A stretch of DNA of 64,000 nucleotides. It comes from Gammaproteobacteria bacterium. GTDB taxonomy: Bacteria; Pseudomonadota; Gammaproteobacteria; SZUA-229. Location of the stretch: the NCBI GenBank assembly GCA_030148865.1, contig JASBSR010000040.1, positions 62,518-126,517 of the forward strand. The letters are read 5' to 3'. A program made the translations under genes and the position numbers. This document shows positions 62,813 through 64,000 of the stretch, in pieces; position 1 is the first letter of the stretch; the number at the start of each line of letters is the position of its first letter. The notes beneath the pieces are model-generated. The model had not been told where the DNA came from, searched no databases, and saw nothing but the letters and a program-made list of their open reading frames with translations.

Positions 62813-63580
62813 TTACCCGCATTTGGAATCACCGCAATTCAGGCAGGTCATACAGCCATCCATGCTGATAACTGCTTTGGTATGGCATTTTTTGCACAAT
62901 TTCGACATCGGCGGAAAATCTGTTGCTGGCGTGTTTGTGACGTGACCCTCATCAGCATGATGAAAGGCTTCGTATTCCTTCCGTTTTGCCAGCAACATTT
63001 CTCGCTGGCGCTCATCCATCGCCTCGTCTTCGATCATGCCGATCATTTTCATATGACACTCAATAGCATCGCCAATCTCTGCCACCAGTGAGGGTTTGTA
63101 TTTACCACCGCTTTTGAAATAGCCACCGCGCGGGTCAAACACACTGCGCAATTCATCCACTAGAAAAGTTACATCACCACCTTTTCTGAATACCGCCGAG
63201 ATGATTCGCGTTAGCGCGACAATCCACTGAAAATGATCCATATTTTTTGAGTTAATAAATATCTCATACGGCCGCCGAATCTCATGCTCGGTCCCCGGAT
63301 TCAGGACAACATCATTAATTGTGATATACAGCGCATGCTCGGACTGTGGCGTTTTTATTTTGTAGGTCGAGCCCAGAATCATCTCTGGTCGCTCGAGTTT
63401 TTCGTGCATTTGAATAATTTCCGCACTAGCGGCCTGTTTATCACCTGCCTCTTTTTTCTCTACTGTAGCACTCTGTTTGCGATCACTTTCACTGGCTGGA
63501 CCCGTGCCTTCGCAACCAGCCTCATCACCTGCATTGACAACTTCATACGCCACAATTTTTTGTTTTATTTCTAGCGCCAT
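62813..63580 (-). CDS. nrdJb: Class II (adenosylcobalamin-dependent) ribonucleotide reductase, small C-terminal subunit of a split enzyme
   Basis: 255 aa with a conserved RNR C-terminal core (YITINDVV...FQWIVALTRIISAVFRKGGDVTFLVDEL) and a Cys-rich tail CKKC...CMTCLNCGDSKCG. Confidence 0.6.
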   Translation of the reverse strand: MALEIKQKIVAYEVVNAGDEAGCEGTGPASESDRKQSATVEKKEAGDKQAASAEIIQMHEKLERPEMILGSTYKIKTPQSEHALYITINDVVLNPGTEHEIRRPYEIFINSKNMDHFQWIVALTRIISAVFRKGGDVTFLVDELRSVFDPRGGYFKSGGKYKPSLVAEIGDAIECHMKMIGMIEDEAMDERQREMLLAKRKEYEAFHHADEGHVTNTPATDFPPMSKLCKKCHTKAVISMDGCMTCLNCGDSKCG

Positions 63581-63613
63581 TGCTCCACCTCTATTATTAT
63601 CTTGCCTAAATCT

Positions 63614-64000
63614 TCAATGTTTTCCGTAATAGCCTTCTTTTAATGCATCGTACAGATTCGCTGCGGTATGCTGTTCACCGTCGTAAACGATTGCTTCATT
63701 ACCTTTCACATCAATACTCGTACCATCTTCGAGAATGAATCGGTAGTGGGTGTTCGCCAGGTCTTTTTCATTCACCAGCACACCCTGAAATACTTCTGGA
63801 TTAAATCTAAATGTGGTGCAACCCTTCAGTTTCTTTTCATAGGCGTACATATAAACATCTTTGAAACTCTGATAAGGAAAATCCACAGGGATATTGACCG
63901 TCTTCGAAATCGAAGAATCAACCCATTTCTGCGCCGCCGCCTGGATATCGATATGCTGTATCGGACTAACTTCATCAGCACCAATAAAATACCCGGGCAG
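63614..64000 (-). CDS. nrdJa: Class II ribonucleotide reductase large subunit, C-terminal fragment (5' end beyond window)
   Basis: Open frame continues to the window edge with no upstream stop (...IQAAAQKWVDSSISKTVNIPVDF...CTTFRFNPE...); ends 33 nt before nrdJb. Confidence 0.55.
   Translation of the reverse strand: MPGYFIGADEVSPIQHIDIQAAAQKWVDSSISKTVNIPVDFPYQSFKDVYMYAYEKKLKGCTTFRFNPEVFQGVLVNEKDLANTHYRFILEDGTSIDVKGNEAIVYDGEQHTAANLYDALKEGYYGKH

Overview
This window looks like the chromosome of a gammaproteobacterial-type, chemolithotrophic, sulfur-oxidizing denitrifier; GC appears to be about 50% by eye. All calls rest on reading the ORF translations and the DNA; no searches were run.

Gene content, in order:
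- Oxidative-type dsr operon: 3' end of dsrB, then dsrEFHCMKLJOPNR. The dsrEFH and dsrL genes indicate the sulfur-oxidizing direction.
- In the position where dsrS sits in Allochromatium, a cytoplasmic NarX-type histidine kinase, a NarL/LuxR-type response regulator and a single-domain rhodanese.
- A PPi/adenylate cluster (PPi-dependent phosphofructokinase, adenylate kinase, H+-pyrophosphatase) followed by ATP sulfurylase (sat).
- An ECF sigma factor with a cognate anti-sigma factor whose periplasmic domain resembles DsrE/YchN. Across a repeat-containing divergent promoter lie a decayed TlpA-like thioredoxin gene, two secreted DsrE-like paralogs and a porin. I consider this the best candidate for an undescribed system.
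- moeA and moaB.
- A nitrate-reductase locus, nirT/napC, a dihaem c4-type cytochrome, long-form napA, napG, napH.
- A second, unusual module: NapG-like ferredoxin, a periplasmic CopC/FixH-like protein, a 510-aa NapH/CcoG-like membrane polyferredoxin, and another NapG-like ferredoxin.
- moaA.
- A complete cd1 nitrite-reductase and haem d1 cluster, nirS-E-C-F-D-L-GH-J-N.
- pdxST and ubiT.
- A sulfide/sulfur-trafficking cluster: SQR-like flavoprotein, YchN-like DsrE, DedA-rhodanese fusion, ArsR-rhodanese fusion.
- A GMC oxidoreductase with a Tat-signal small subunit, a TauD-like dioxygenase, ubiV and ubiU, a methyltransferase, a TIGR01212-type radical SAM protein, and a split class II ribonucleotide reductase (nrdJb plus partial nrdJa).

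The window also carries:
- Several rho-independent terminators.
- An FNR-type box upstream of nirT and a weaker DNR-like box upstream of nirS.
- Two degraded genes flanking the sigma/anti-sigma pair: an alpha/beta hydrolase and the TlpA-like gene.
- An intergenic repeat family present in two copies, and an inverted-repeat-flanked element about 240 bp long.
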